Assembly: GCF_002087085.1 (NCBI RefSeq)
Contig: NZ_MWQY01000002.1
Location: forward strand, 62,001-126,000
Length of the DNA stretch: 64,000 nucleotides
Direction: 5' to 3'
Shown here: piece after piece, positions 1-10,641 of the stretch
Numbering within the stretch: position 1 is the stretch's first letter
Layout: each line of letters begins with the position of its first letter
Program-made: the position numbers and the translations under genes
Notes under the pieces: model-generated
What the model saw: the letters and a program-made list of their open reading frames with translations, nothing else
What the model was told of the DNA's origin: nothing
The model's database searches: none

Positions 1-837
1 GTTCATGGTCATCAGAAAACCGAAGAGCCTGGCGCCGTCGTCACCGAACAGTTCACCCGCCTGCATTGGAAGGGCGAAGCGATGCTGAGCGTAGGCGAAA
101 CCGTAAAAAGTAATCAGAAACGAAAAGACCAGCAGCCTGGGCCGGGAAAGAAGCGCCCGAAAGAGTCCTCCGTCAAGGGCTTTTTCCGTGGAGTCTGAAA
201 GCATGCTCAGCTCCAGCTCTTCCCGGGACGGAAGGGTCTCGGGAATAAACACGCCAACCAGGACCAGGGCGGCACAGGCGGCGCAGGCGTTTCCCCAGAA
301 GAGCCAGGAGGGGGCTGCAGCAAACAGGAAGCCTGCGATGAGCTGCCCGATTCCAAAGCCGAGGTTATGGCCCATGTAGATCAGGCTGAAAGCCGTCTGT
401 CTGTTCTCCGGCCTGGTTACATCCATGCTCATGGCCTGTCTCGCCGGGTCGGTTATACCGTCGAAAAACACGGAGGCAATTACGAAACCCGCTATCATGT
501 AGGGGTCGGAAAGAAAGCCGCAGGGAACAAACATGAGGGCGCTCAGGAACTGGGATATCATCATGACGCGCTTGCGGCCAAAGAGGTCTGTCATTTTACC
601 GCCGATGAGATTACCCGGAACATAGGCTATGGTAGTCAGAAAGAGGATGTCCCCCGTCTCCTTCGGTGAGAGTCCGAAACGCCGGGTGAGAATCAGGGCG
701 AGGAAGGGAAAGACAAAAATACCGGTGCCGTTCACCACTGTGGCGGTAAAAAGGGCATAGACGCTGGCAGGCAGATCCCTATAGGGGGTGGCGGCCCTCG
801 ACAGAATATTTTTTTTAAATTCGGGAACTGGTTTCAT
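1..837 (-). CDS. MFS transporter (C-terminus runs off the window start)
   Basis: Manual translation from ATG 837: MKPVPEF...ALFTATVVNGTGIFVFPFLALILT...GGKMTDLFGRKRVM (MFS motif A); many TM segments; frame open to base 1. Not in the ORF track. Confidence 0.85.
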   Translation of the reverse strand, partial: MKPVPEFKKNILSRAATPYRDLPASVYALFTATVVNGTGIFVFPFLALILTRRFGLSPKETGDILFLTTIAYVPGNLIGGKMTDLFGRKRVMMISQFLSALMFVPCGFLSDPYMIAGFVIASVFFDGITDPARQAMSMDVTRPENRQTAFSLIYMGHNLGFGIGQLIAGFLFAAAPSWLFWGNACAACAALVLVGVFIPETLPSREELELSMLSDSTEKALDGGLFRALLSRPRLLVFSFLITFYGFAYAQHRFALPMQAGELFGDDGARLFGFLMTMN

Positions 838-1079
838 GATTACAGGACTGTACCCGGTATGGGGTGCTTTGTTCCAGAAGTTCCATGCTGTTATGAACAG
901 GTATTTCCGGTTTTTTACAGGTCCGGACATCTTAAAACAGCTGGACCCCCTGTTTTCCCCAGGTGATGGTACCCTGCATCTGCCTTGCCTTCCCCTTCCG
1001 TTTTCGGGTAGCCTTTGGGCATGACAGATCCCGGGCCGGTTCACCCGGCACATACGCGCGGAAACAAGGGATACCCCCG

Positions 1080-1586
1080 GTGAACCTTGTACTCTCCCTG
1101 CGGGGGGACGGTCGGCTTGAACTGCGTCCCTCGAGGGTGTTCCGTGTTCTCCTCGGAATAATCGCAGCCGTTCTCGGAACAGCCATCGCCTTTTCAGCGG
1201 CCGCGGGGGAAAATACGGCTCTGATGCCCCTTCTTCTGATGGCCGCATCCCTGCTGGCATCGCTCTACGAGGAACGCTGGATATTCTCAGCGGACGGTGG
1301 AATCGAGAGCCGTCATGGGCTGCTGTTTCTCAAGGCTGTGCGCATCTACCCGTCTGAAGAGGTGGAGAAATTTACCCTCTCCTCCTTTACCAAGGGAAAA
1401 CTGAGAGGCACCGACCCGCAGGCCCCTTCCTTTCTGCCAAGCTACCTTGTACTCGCCGTAGAAACTCGCGGGGACGGAGACCGGACGATAGAGATTCTCA
1501 GATACGCAAAAAAGGAGAGGCTCGAAACCAGAGCGGCGAAGATCGCCGGATTCTGTTCCAAGCCTCTCCTGAACAGGATCGGATAG
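1080..1586 (+). CDS. Hypothetical membrane protein (two TM helices plus soluble domain)
   Basis: ORF 963..1586; GTG 1080 follows AAGGGA; two hydrophobic segments. Confidence 0.55.
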   Translation: MNLVLSLRGDGRLELRPSRVFRVLLGIIAAVLGTAIAFSAAAGENTALMPLLLMAASLLASLYEERWIFSADGGIESRHGLLFLKAVRIYPSEEVEKFTLSSFTKGKLRGTDPQAPSFLPSYLVLAVETRGDGDRTIEILRYAKKERLETRAAKIAGFCSKPLLNRIG

Positions 1587-1591
1587 CCTGA

Positions 1592-2605
1592 CTACTTCAG
1601 TCCTTTTGTATCCTGGTACAGGTAGCAGGCAACCTCGTGGGCGCTGTCGGTTTCCAGAAGCTCAGGAATATTCCCCTTACAGACATCCATCCTCTTCGGG
1701 CAGCGGTCGTAGAAATAGCAGCCGTGGCGCTCCCTGTCGGGGGAAGGAACATCTCCGGTCAGAATGATTCGTCTGCGCTGCCGCTCAACCTTCGGGTCCG
1801 GGATCGGCGCTGCAGAAAGCAGAGCCTGGGTATAGGGGTGCCGTGGATTCCTGTAGAGCTCCGTCGCCTCGGCGATCTCGACGATTTTTCCCAGGTACAT
1901 TACCGCGACCCGGGTGCTGATATACTCGATGACCGCCAGATCATGGGCAATAAAGAGATAGGTAAGCCCAAGATCCTTCTGCAGCTCCACCAGCAGATTC
2001 AGGATCTGCGACTGGATGGAGACATCCAGGGCACTGACCGGTTCGTCCAGAAGAATCAGCTTCGGATTCAGAGCCAGGGCACGGGCGATCCCGATGCGCT
2101 GCCGCTGACCGCCGGAAAACTCGTGGGGGTACCGGTTCTTGTAGAACTTCGATAAACCGACCCGCTCCATCAGCTCCTCTACTCTTCGTTCAATTTCGTT
2201 CTGGGAGAGCCGGAGGATCTTCTGTCGTGTGTAGATCTGCAGAGGCTCCGCGATGATGCTGCGAACGGTCATACGGGGATTGAGGGAAGCGTAGGGATCC
2301 TGGAAGACCATCTGCATATCCCCCCGGGCCTTCAGAAGTTCCCTGGGGCTCAGTTCGGGCAGGTTTCGTCCCTGAAAGAAAACCTTTCCCGCTGTCGGGG
2401 GGTAGAGTTGTGCTATGGCCCGGGCGGTCGTACTCTTGCCGCAGCCCGATTCACCTACCAGCCCGAGGGTCTCCCCCCTGTTAATGGACAGCGAGACGCC
2501 GTCCACCGCACGGATATGTCCGACTGTCTTTTTGAGGAGTATTCCCTCTTCGATGGGGAAATGGAGCTTCAGGTCCCTGGTTTCCAGGAGAGTCGCATTG
2601 CTCAC
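1592..2605 (-). CDS. oppF: Oligopeptide ABC transporter ATP-binding protein
   Basis: Walker [24 protein letters not shown]-terminal HPYT and Cys motif. Confidence 0.93.
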   Translation of the reverse strand: MSNATLLETRDLKLHFPIEEGILLKKTVGHIRAVDGVSLSINRGETLGLVGESGCGKSTTARAIAQLYPPTAGKVFFQGRNLPELSPRELLKARGDMQMVFQDPYASLNPRMTVRSIIAEPLQIYTRQKILRLSQNEIERRVEELMERVGLSKFYKNRYPHEFSGGQRQRIGIARALALNPKLILLDEPVSALDVSIQSQILNLLVELQKDLGLTYLFIAHDLAVIEYISTRVAVMYLGKIVEIAEATELYRNPRHPYTQALLSAAPIPDPKVERQRRRIILTGDVPSPDRERHGCYFYDRCPKRMDVCKGNIPELLETDSAHEVACYLYQDTKGLK

Positions 2606-3621
2606 AGCGTCACCTCCTTTGCATCATAAAGCCAGCAGTTGACGCTGCGGCCGCCCTCGAATTCAGTGGCTGCAGGGTACCGGCTGCGGCAGATCTCCAT
2701 TGCATGTTCGCAGCGGGGATGAAAAGGACAGCAATCCGGCAGATCTATCAGGTTGGGGGGCTGCCCCTTGATGGAGTAGAGCTTCTCGTGTTTTTTCTGG
2801 TCAATCCGCGGTACGGACTTTATGAGCCCCCGGGTATAGGGGTGTTTCGGCTCTTCGAAGAGCTCGTCGGCATTCGCTTTCTCCACGATGCGCCCCGCAT
2901 ACATGACACAGATATTATCACACATTCCCGCCACCACTCCGAGGTCGTGGGTAATCAGAATCTGGGCGGTCCCAAGCTCGGCAGAGAGTTCCTGCATCAG
3001 CTCCAGGATCTGGGCCTGGATGGTGACGTCCAGGGCGGTGGTCGGCTCATCCGCAATCAGGATTTTCGGATTGCAGCTCAGAGCCATGGCGATCATAACC
3101 CGCTGCCGCATACCGCCGGAAAACTGGTGCGGGTAGTTGTCCACCCGCTTTTCGGCATTCGGAATACCGACCTTCTTCAGCATCTCGATCGCCTTTTCGC
3201 GGGCGGCGGGTTTACTGAGACCCTGGTGAAGAACTATGGTTTCGATCAGCTGGGTCGAAATCCTTAAAAAAGGGTTGAGGCTCGTCATGGGGTCCTGGAA
3301 GATCATGGAGATCCGGTTGCCCCGTATATCCCGCAGATTCTCCTTCTTCAGTTTAAGGATGTCCCTGCCGTCAAAGAGTACTTCCCCGGCGACAATCTTT
3401 CCCGGAGGGGAAGGTATCAGGCGCATGATCGACAGATTGGTCACCGATTTGCCCGATCCGGATTCACCGACGATTCCGAGGGTTTCTCCTCTGTGCAGGG
3501 TAAAGGAGACCCCGTCAACGGCCTTTACGATACCATCATCGGTTCTGAACTGGGTCCGGAGATTCTTTACCTCAAGTATAATATCTGTGTGTTCCACATG
3601 CTGCTCCTTAGCTTTCATCAT
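2602..3621 (-). CDS. oppD: Oligopeptide ABC transporter ATP-binding protein
   Basis: [37 protein letters not shown]. Confidence 0.93.
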   Translation of the reverse strand: MMKAKEQHVEHTDIILEVKNLRTQFRTDDGIVKAVDGVSFTLHRGETLGIVGESGSGKSVTNLSIMRLIPSPPGKIVAGEVLFDGRDILKLKKENLRDIRGNRISMIFQDPMTSLNPFLRISTQLIETIVLHQGLSKPAAREKAIEMLKKVGIPNAEKRVDNYPHQFSGGMRQRVMIAMALSCNPKILIADEPTTALDVTIQAQILELMQELSAELGTAQILITHDLGVVAGMCDNICVMYAGRIVEKANADELFEEPKHPYTRGLIKSVPRIDQKKHEKLYSIKGQPPNLIDLPDCCPFHPRCEHAMEICRSRYPAATEFEGGRSVNCWLYDAKEVTL

Positions 3622-3633
3622 CAGTCAGCCCCG

Positions 3634-4731
3634 CTAGAGCTTGTTCTTGCTCTGAGGATCAAAGGCATCGCGCAGTCCGTCTCCGAGAAAATTCATTGCG
3701 AAGAGGAAGAGCGTCATCGCCGCGGCGGGAAAAAAGAGCCGCCAGGGGTAGATCGTCATGCCGTCCACACCTTCCTTTACCAGGGACCCCCACGAGGCGT
3801 AGGGTGCGGATACACCTAACCCCAGATAGGAGAGAAAGGACTCCATCATGATGAAGGTGGGAATCCGCAGGGTAGCGAACACGATAATGATGCCGAGGGT
3901 ATTGGGAATGAGATGTCTGAGGATCACCCTCCAGGTACCCGCCCCCATCGATCGGGCGGCCTCGACGAACTCCGAGTTCTTCAGGGTAATAATCTGACCG
4001 CGTACCACCCGGGCAACGGTCAGCCAGCTTACCACCGAAAGGGCGAGAAACAGATTGAGAATGTTACGCCCGAATATCGCCATGAAAATAATGACCAGCA
4101 GCATATATGGAAGTCCGTACATTACATCCACGAAGCGCATGATCATGTAGTCGGTCTTGCCTCCCACGTACCCTGCCAGGGAGCCGAGGAGGATGCCGAT
4201 AATAAAGGATGTAAAGGTGCCGATAAAGCCGATGGCGATGGATACCTGCCCGCCGTAGATAATCCTGGCCAGCATATCCCTGCCATGGTAATCGGTACCG
4301 AGAAGGTAGCGCCGTTCATGTACCTTGACGGTCTTGCCCCGATACTCCATCGTTTCAGTGGCAATCCTGTGCCTGATCTCATCCAGACGTGCCTTGTCTT
4401 CCTCGTTGAGTTCCCGTCCTTCCTTCTCTGCCACCCTTTGCATGGCCTTCAGCTCCTTCTCGTACCAGAGTTCGCCGGCGGTCTTCGTCAATGAAGGCGG
4501 CAGGTCCTGATGGTCCGAGATGATCTTCTTGTAGGAGTAGATGGGGAGAATCGGCGCTGTAATCGAAAGAATGGTGTAGACAATCACCATCACCAGGCCC
4601 GCCATGGCCATGTGGTTCTTTTTGAGCCGGTTCCAGGCATCCCGGGAGAGGCTGTTGCCCTTCTCGATCTGGTTCAGCCCGTTTACCGGGAGGTCTTCCT
4701 GTTTTTTCCAGAAAAAAATGTTGCGCAGCAT
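3634..4731 (-). CDS. oppC: Oligopeptide ABC transporter permease
   Basis: LGTDxxGRD, EFVEAARSMGA (EAA loop), NFLGDGLRDAFDP. Confidence 0.93.
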   Translation of the reverse strand: MLRNIFFWKKQEDLPVNGLNQIEKGNSLSRDAWNRLKKNHMAMAGLVMVIVYTILSITAPILPIYSYKKIISDHQDLPPSLTKTAGELWYEKELKAMQRVAEKEGRELNEEDKARLDEIRHRIATETMEYRGKTVKVHERRYLLGTDYHGRDMLARIIYGGQVSIAIGFIGTFTSFIIGILLGSLAGYVGGKTDYMIMRFVDVMYGLPYMLLVIIFMAIFGRNILNLFLALSVVSWLTVARVVRGQIITLKNSEFVEAARSMGAGTWRVILRHLIPNTLGIIIVFATLRIPTFIMMESFLSYLGLGVSAPYASWGSLVKEGVDGMTIYPWRLFFPAAAMTLFLFAMNFLGDGLRDAFDPQSKNKL

Positions 4732-4746
4732 AATACCAGTGACCTC

Positions 4747-5676
4747 CTATTTATACGAAACCCTGGGATCCAGGAAGGCGTAAATGATATCGACAATGAA
4801 ATTCATGAGGATGAGGATCACCGAATAGACGATTACTGTTCCCATGATTAGCGTGTAGTCGCGGTTCAGGGCGGATTGAACGAAAAAGCGTCCGAGACCG
4901 GGCACACGGAAGATCGTTTCAACAACAACCGAACCGGTTACAGTGGCAGCGAAGGCGGGCCCCAGGTAACTGACCACCGGAAGCATCGCCCCTTTCAGCA
5001 CATGCCTGAACATCACGACCCCTTCGCTCATACCCTTGGCGCGGGCAGTCCGGATATAGTCGCTGCGGAGTACCTCCAGCATACTTGCCCGGGAGAGCCG
5101 TGCAATGTTGGCGAATCGCGGCATGGCCAGGGTAATCGCCGGCATGATCAGGGTAACCCAGCCGTAGCGGCCGGTAATCCAGCCCGAGGTGGGAAGCCAG
5201 CCGAGCTTCATCGCGAATATCCACATAAGAACCGGACCAATTACGAAGAGAGGAACAGAAATACCCACCACGGCAAAGGACATAGCTGCGTAATCAATCC
5301 AGGAGTTCTGCCGCAGCGAAGCGAGCATCCCCGCCCCGACTCCCAGAAAAATCGCTATCACCAGACTGACTACCCCCAGAAAGAGGGAATCCGGAAGACT
5401 CGAAAAGATGTAGAAGTTGACGTCATGATCGTTGTACCGGTAGGAGGGTCCAAGGTCCCCGCGCAGGATGTCCCAGACGTACCGCAGGTACTGCACGATC
5501 AATGGTTCGTCGAGATGGTATTTAGCCTCGATATTGGCCATAACCTGCTCGGTAAGGGCCCGTTCGGCCATAAATGGCCCGCCCGGTGCAATCCGGATTA
5601 TAAAGAAGCTGATGGTAATGATGATAAACAGCGTCGGAATCAGTCCGATCAGCCGTCTGATGATATATTTAGTCAT
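4747..5676 (-). CDS. oppB: Oligopeptide ABC transporter permease
   Basis: MTKYIIRRL, APGGPF, DYIRTARAKG, YAFLDPR; ATG 5676 follows GGGGG. Confidence 0.93.
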   Translation of the reverse strand: MTKYIIRRLIGLIPTLFIIITISFFIIRIAPGGPFMAERALTEQVMANIEAKYHLDEPLIVQYLRYVWDILRGDLGPSYRYNDHDVNFYIFSSLPDSLFLGVVSLVIAIFLGVGAGMLASLRQNSWIDYAAMSFAVVGISVPLFVIGPVLMWIFAMKLGWLPTSGWITGRYGWVTLIMPAITLAMPRFANIARLSRASMLEVLRSDYIRTARAKGMSEGVVMFRHVLKGAMLPVVSYLGPAFAATVTGSVVVETIFRVPGLGRFFVQSALNRDYTLIMGTVIVYSVILILMNFIVDIIYAFLDPRVSYK

Positions 5677-5749
5677 ATATCCCCCGTTGAGAATTAGGGT
5701 CACTGCTACGTAAAACGGGACTTTTTGATTTGATCAGTGCTGCAGAGGG

Positions 5750-5782
5750 AAAACCGGGGACCGGTACAGCAGACCGGTCCCC
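5750..5782 (-). terminator. Hairpin between oppA and oppB (terminator or mRNA stabiliser)
   Basis: GGGGACCGGT (5756-5765)/ACCGGTCCCC (5773-5782) 10-bp stem, short U run on minus strand. Confidence 0.6.
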
Positions 5783-5814
5783 AGAACATGGTACAGCCAT
5801 GGAATGGTTCAGGA

Positions 5815-7392
5815 CTATTCCTTCAGGTAGACTGCCTTGAGAGGATGATAGTCACGTATGTTGGTGTACCATCCCCCCCACTTGTCGGTATCGATCATAT
5901 TCTGAGAGACATAGAAGTAGATGGGAAGTACTCCCATATCCTCCTTGATAAAATAGGTCTCCGCATCCCTGAGCACCTGATACCGCGCCTCACTGTCGGG
6001 CATGGTGGCCGCCTTCCTGACGGCTTCATCGTAGGCGGGATTCGAGTAGAGTCCGTCGTTTCCGGCGCTTCCGGTCAGGAACATGTCCAGGAAGGTGTTG
6101 GGATCAGTATAGTCTCCGATCCATCCGGCTCTGGCCACCGCGAAATCGTGGGTTCGACGGGTTGCCAGGTAGGTCTGCCACTCCTGGTTGAAGAGATCGC
6201 ACTCTATACCGAGATTCTCGGCCCAGGCCTGCTGAATGTATTCGGCGATCTTCTTATGCCCCTCGGAGGTGTTGTAGAGGATCTCGAACTTCGGAAAACC
6301 CTTTCCATCGGGGAAGCCTGCCTCGGCAAGGAGACGTTTGGCCTCGGCAAGATTGTCGGAGAAGAGTTCTCCTCCGGGGAATCCGGGCATATTGGTCGGC
6401 ACAAAGGAATAAGCCGGAACCTCACCGCCCTTGGAGACCTTTGTCACGAGCTCCTTCCGGTCAAATCCCAGGGCCAGGGCTTTGCGGACCCTGGGGTCGT
6501 CAAAGGGAGGCCGTTCGTTGTTGACCAGGTAGTAGTAGGTTCCCAGGTAGGGGGCAACCTGATAGTCCTTGTGCTGTTCCGCCTGCTCGACCATGTCCAG
6601 CGGAACCTCGACAATCATGTCCACCTCGCCGTTGAGGTACATATTGTAGGCAGTGTTGTCGTCTTCCAGCGGCAGGTAGGTCGCTCTGGAAAGTTTGACT
6701 GCGTCCCTGTCCCAGTATTTTTCATTGGGAACGACGGAAAGGGATTCCTGGGGCTTCCACTCCTCCAGAACGAAGGGTCCGTTGCCGACGAAGTTTTCGG
6801 GGAGCGTCCATTCGTCTCCATATTTTTCGATGGCGTGCATCGGCACAACCGCGAAGGAGTAGTGGGTCAGGGCATCCGCTACATAGGGCAGTGGACCGAT
6901 CAGGTCGATCTGGAAGGTGTAATCGTCCAGGGCACGGATCTGTACCGCTTCCGGACCGGCTTTACCGGAGTTGTACTCCTCGGCTCCCTTGACGAACATG
7001 TTGGGAAACCAGGCATAGGGAGAGGCAGTATCGGGATTCATACCCCGCAGCCAGGAATCGACCACCGTCTGGGCGGTGATTTTGGTTCCGTCGCTCCAGA
7101 CCGCCTTGCGCAGCTTGAAGGTATACTGAAGACCATCCTCGCTCCGTTCCCAGCTCTCGGCCAGACCGGGGATGGGACCGCCGGTTTTCGGATCAATGGT
7201 AGTAAGTCCCTCGAAGAGAGACATGTATATTCGATGCTCCGGTACACCTTCGATCAGGTGCGGATCCAGGGCTTCTGGCTCGGCACCGTTCCCCATGACG
7301 AACTCCGCTCCTGAACCGCCGTCTTTCTGGCCGCCGGGGAATACTGCCATCAGAACCAGAGTACAGAGCAGGACAGCTAATAACTTCTTCAT
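5815..7392 (-). CDS. oppA: Oligopeptide ABC transporter substrate-binding protein
   Basis: Signal peptide; EPEALDP, LFEGL, PGLAESW, VGNGPF, RAGWIGDY (family 5 SBP). Confidence 0.93.
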   Translation of the reverse strand: MKKLLAVLLCTLVLMAVFPGGQKDGGSGAEFVMGNGAEPEALDPHLIEGVPEHRIYMSLFEGLTTIDPKTGGPIPGLAESWERSEDGLQYTFKLRKAVWSDGTKITAQTVVDSWLRGMNPDTASPYAWFPNMFVKGAEEYNSGKAGPEAVQIRALDDYTFQIDLIGPLPYVADALTHYSFAVVPMHAIEKYGDEWTLPENFVGNGPFVLEEWKPQESLSVVPNEKYWDRDAVKLSRATYLPLEDDNTAYNMYLNGEVDMIVEVPLDMVEQAEQHKDYQVAPYLGTYYYLVNNERPPFDDPRVRKALALGFDRKELVTKVSKGGEVPAYSFVPTNMPGFPGGELFSDNLAEAKRLLAEAGFPDGKGFPKFEILYNTSEGHKKIAEYIQQAWAENLGIECDLFNQEWQTYLATRRTHDFAVARAGWIGDYTDPNTFLDMFLTGSAGNDGLYSNPAYDEAVRKAATMPDSEARYQVLRDAETYFIKEDMGVLPIYFYVSQNMIDTDKWGGWYTNIRDYHPLKAVYLKE

Positions 7393-7656
7393 AAATCCTT
7401 CTCCTTTTAAAGTTTGAATATCTTAAAACAATACATTAAAAGTGGTCACCCCGCAATAAATTTCACCCGGACTTACAGAAACCGGCAGTAGCGGATCTTT
7501 TTCTGCATATAGAATTAAGCAGATTAATGATTACTTAATACAAGGGGAGTGTCGTGCTTTAAGAATTCATCACCGAGGCACAGCATCATGTTCTTCCGTT
7601 AATGGCCCCAGGTCTTCCACCCTTGCCCCCCGGCCTTTTCCGTTCTACAGTGACCT

Positions 7657-8721
7657 ATGGCGACAGCAGTAATCTTCGGCGCCGGGGTCATGGGCTCGGC
7701 AACCTCCTTTCCGCTCAGCGACAAGGGTCACAGCGTTCGCCTGGTGGGGACCCACCTGGACGGGGAGATTATCGGCGAAGTCAAAGCCCGGGGGTACCAT
7801 CCGGGATTGAAAAAAAATCTTCCCGCCGAAGTAAAGGCCTTCCAATGGACGGAACTCGACAAAGCCTTCCACGGGGCGGATTTTATCCTCTCCGGGGTCA
7901 ACTCCCATGGAGTGCGCTGGTCCGCCGAAACCCTGGCAAAGGTCCTGCACAAGCCCCTGCCGATAATCGCCGTTACCAAGGGACTCGAAGCCGCGGAGAA
8001 CGGGGATCTCCTGGCCCTGACAACAGTCTACGAAAAAGCCCTGGCGACCGCCGGAGGCCCGGGGTGTTCCGTCTCCGCCATCGGAGGTCCCTGCATTGCC
8101 GCCGAGCTCGCAGCCCGGGGCCACTCATGCGTGGTATTCGCTTCAGAGAAGGGGGAGATCTCCCGCTGGCTCGCGGATATCTTCAGAACTTCCTACTACC
8201 ACGTCTGGCCCTCCACCGAAGTCTATCCCCTGGAGATCGCCGCGGCCCTCAAGAACGCCTATACCCTGCCGGTGGGCATAGCCCGCGGCCAGGCTGACCA
8301 GCCGGGAGGGGAGGATTCCTCCGGAGCCCGGATGCACAATCCTGCCGCTGCGGTTTTCGGGCAGGGAGTCAAAGAAATAAAGTATCTGATCAGGTCCTGC
8401 GGTTTCAACGATTCCTTCGCCTCATCCCTGCCGGGGGCCGGGGACTACTACGTTACCTGTGCCGGGGGACGCAACCTGCGTCTTGGAACTCTTCTTGGTT
8501 CAGGCAAAAGCATGGCGGAGGCGCAGAAGGAGATGGAGGGAGTCACCATCGAGTCTCTCTCGATAATCGAAACCATGGAACGGGCCCTGCCCGGGCTCCT
8601 GGAACGTCAAATCGTCGCCATGGACCGGCTGCCGCTGCTCGACTACCTGATCCGGACCGTACGGGAAGGTTCCGCCGGACCGCTGCCCTTTGAGAGGTTC
8701 TTTCCGGAGATCCATTTTTAA
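7657..8721 (+). CDS. NAD(P)-dependent glycerol-3-phosphate dehydrogenase-like protein (divergent GpsA family)
   Basis: GAGVMG Rossmann motif, VTKGLE, IGGPCIA, ALKNAY, GDYYVTC..GRN. Confidence 0.8.
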   Translation: MATAVIFGAGVMGSATSFPLSDKGHSVRLVGTHLDGEIIGEVKARGYHPGLKKNLPAEVKAFQWTELDKAFHGADFILSGVNSHGVRWSAETLAKVLHKPLPIIAVTKGLEAAENGDLLALTTVYEKALATAGGPGCSVSAIGGPCIAAELAARGHSCVVFASEKGEISRWLADIFRTSYYHVWPSTEVYPLEIAAALKNAYTLPVGIARGQADQPGGEDSSGARMHNPAAAVFGQGVKEIKYLIRSCGFNDSFASSLPGAGDYYVTCAGGRNLRLGTLLGSGKSMAEAQKEMEGVTIESLSIIETMERALPGLLERQIVAMDRLPLLDYLIRTVREGSAGPLPFERFFPEIHF

Positions 8722-8760
8722 CACGATTTTAACCGATTTTATCGCTTCTCATGATATGAT
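8718..8760 (+). promoter_or_regulatory. Putative Pho-box-like repeat and extended -10 upstream of phnD
   Basis: TTAACA (8718) and TTAACC (8729) 11 bp apart; TGaTATGAT at 8752-8760. Confidence 0.4.
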
Positions 8761-8791
8761 ATTTTCACATTTTATTTTTGGAGGAACCTGA

Positions 8792-9781
8792 ATGAAGAAA
8801 TCAGTACTGTTCATCCTGCTGCTCCTTGCAGCTGTACCACTGGTGTTTGCCGGCGGATCAGCGGAAGAAGCTATGGCACCGGCGGAATGCTCGAACCGGG
8901 GACTTCTCGACGTCATGTACTGCGACGAGGACATGGATCTTGTAGCGGATCTGCCCAAGGATTCAAGCCAGTGGGCCGACCCGGACACCCTTATATTCGC
9001 CTATACCCCCGTTGAAGATCCGGCGGTCTACGAGGACATCTGGCAGCCCTTTATGGACTACCTGGCGAAAGTAACAGGGCGCAAGGTGCGCTTTTTTTCC
9101 GTGGATTCCTATGCGGCCCAGGTCGAGGCCATGCGGGCCGGTCGGCTCCATATCGCCGGAATCTCCACAGGCCCGACTCCCTTTGCGGTGAACCTGGCCG
9201 GCTATGTGCCTTTCGCCATAATGGGAGGAGCGGACGGCCAGTTCGGTTACACCCTGCAGGTATATGTACATGCAGACAGCGATCTGTACGAGCTCAAGGA
9301 CCTGAAGGGCAAGCGCGTGGCCCATACAACCCCCACATCCAACTCCGGCAACCAGGCGCCCAAGGCGCTCTTCCCGGACTTCGGGGTTGTTCCCGGAGAA
9401 GATTACGAAATCGAGTTCTCCGGCAGTCATGAAAACTCGGCCCTGGGTGTAGTCGCAAAAGACTACGACGCGGCGCCAGTGGCCTCCGAGGTGGTCGATC
9501 GTATGGCGGAACGGGGACTCTTCGATCCCGCGGACGTTCGGATCATCTTCGAAACCGATCCCTTCCCCACCACCTCCTACGGATACGCCCACAACCTGCA
9601 TCCCGACCTGGTAAAAAAGATCAAGGAAGCCTTTCTTACCTATGAGTTTGCGGGAACCCCCCTGGGAGAGGAGTTCAATGTCGACGGGTTTATCGAGATA
9701 ACCTACAAGAACCAGTGGGCCCAGATCAGAAAGATCAATGAGTACAACGGTATAGAATATACCTTCGAAGGACTCAAATAG
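8792..9781 (+). CDS. phnD: Phosphate/phosphite/phosphonate ABC transporter substrate-binding protein
   Basis: Signal peptide; YAAQVEAMRAG, DLKGKRVA...SNSG, FSGSHENS; heads phnC/E/E. Confidence 0.85.
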   Translation: MKKSVLFILLLLAAVPLVFAGGSAEEAMAPAECSNRGLLDVMYCDEDMDLVADLPKDSSQWADPDTLIFAYTPVEDPAVYEDIWQPFMDYLAKVTGRKVRFFSVDSYAAQVEAMRAGRLHIAGISTGPTPFAVNLAGYVPFAIMGGADGQFGYTLQVYVHADSDLYELKDLKGKRVAHTTPTSNSGNQAPKALFPDFGVVPGEDYEIEFSGSHENSALGVVAKDYDAAPVASEVVDRMAERGLFDPADVRIIFETDPFPTTSYGYAHNLHPDLVKKIKEAFLTYEFAGTPLGEEFNVDGFIEITYKNQWAQIRKINEYNGIEYTFEGLK

Positions 9782-9802
9782 CCCTTCTCACTGAACGGTC
9801 TG

Positions 9803-9837
9803 ACCGGTGTCGATATTTTCGTTGACACCGGTTTTTA
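9803..9837 (+). terminator. Hairpin plus U tract after phnD
   Basis: ACCGGTGTC/GACACCGGT stem followed by T run. Confidence 0.65.
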
Positions 9838-9858
9838 TTGACACTACACTGACTCATC

Positions 9859-10641
9859 ATGCTTGAAATAAAAGATCTCGTTAAGAGCTACGGGGCAAGC
9901 GAACCCGTATTGAAGGGTTTGAACTTCTCCACCCAGGACAAACATCTGACTGCCATTATCGGCTCCTCGGGGGCCGGAAAAAGTACAATGCTGCGCTGTA
10001 TCAACCGCCTGGTAACCGCGAATTCAGGGCAGATTCTTTTAGACGGTGTGGACCTTCTCACACTAAAGGGCAAAGCGCTGCAGCACGCCCGCAGAAAGAT
10101 CGGTATGATCTTTCAGGCCTACAACCTGATTGACCGCCTCACGGTTATGGAAAACGTGCTGTCCGGACGTCTGGGATACATTCCCTTCCTGCGGGGTGCC
10201 TTTCGCAAATTCCCCCAGGAGGACATCGACCACGCATACGCTCTGCTCAAGCGGGTCGGGCTCTCCCAGTACGTCAATAAACGCTGCGATGAACTCTCCG
10301 GAGGTGAACGTCAGCGCGTCGGCGCCGCCCGGGCCCTCATGCAGAATCCCAGTATTCTTCTGGCCGATGAGCCGACCGCCTCGCTGGACCCGAAAACCAG
10401 CGAGAGAATCATGGAGCTCATCGCTCAGCTGACGGAGGAGCTTCACCTGCCGGTGCTGATCAACCTGCACAACGTGGCCCAGGCCAAGCAGTATGCCGCC
10501 AGGATTGTCGGACTCCGGGGCGGGGTGATCGTGTTCGACGGAAAGCCCGATGAACTCACTGACGAACACCTGGAAAAAATCTACGCCGATAAAAAAGAGC
10601 TCGACGAACAGCTCCATCACCACACGGAGCAGAGCCGATGA
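9859..10641 (+). CDS. phnC: Phosphonate ABC transporter ATP-binding protein
   Basis: GSSGAGKSTMLRCINRL, ENVLSGRLG, LSGGERQR, ADEPTASLDP. Confidence 0.9.
   Translation: MLEIKDLVKSYGASEPVLKGLNFSTQDKHLTAIIGSSGAGKSTMLRCINRLVTANSGQILLDGVDLLTLKGKALQHARRKIGMIFQAYNLIDRLTVMENVLSGRLGYIPFLRGAFRKFPQEDIDHAYALLKRVGLSQYVNKRCDELSGGERQRVGAARALMQNPSILLADEPTASLDPKTSERIMELIAQLTEELHLPVLINLHNVAQAKQYAARIVGLRGGVIVFDGKPDELTDEHLEKIYADKKELDEQLHHHTEQSR

Noticed and set aside
188..1024. Short plus-strand ORFs at the window start
   Set aside because: Largely antisense to the MFS transporter reading frame.
5737..7314. 525-aa plus-strand ORF
   Set aside because: Antisense shadow of oppA; no motifs; expected with GC-biased codon use.
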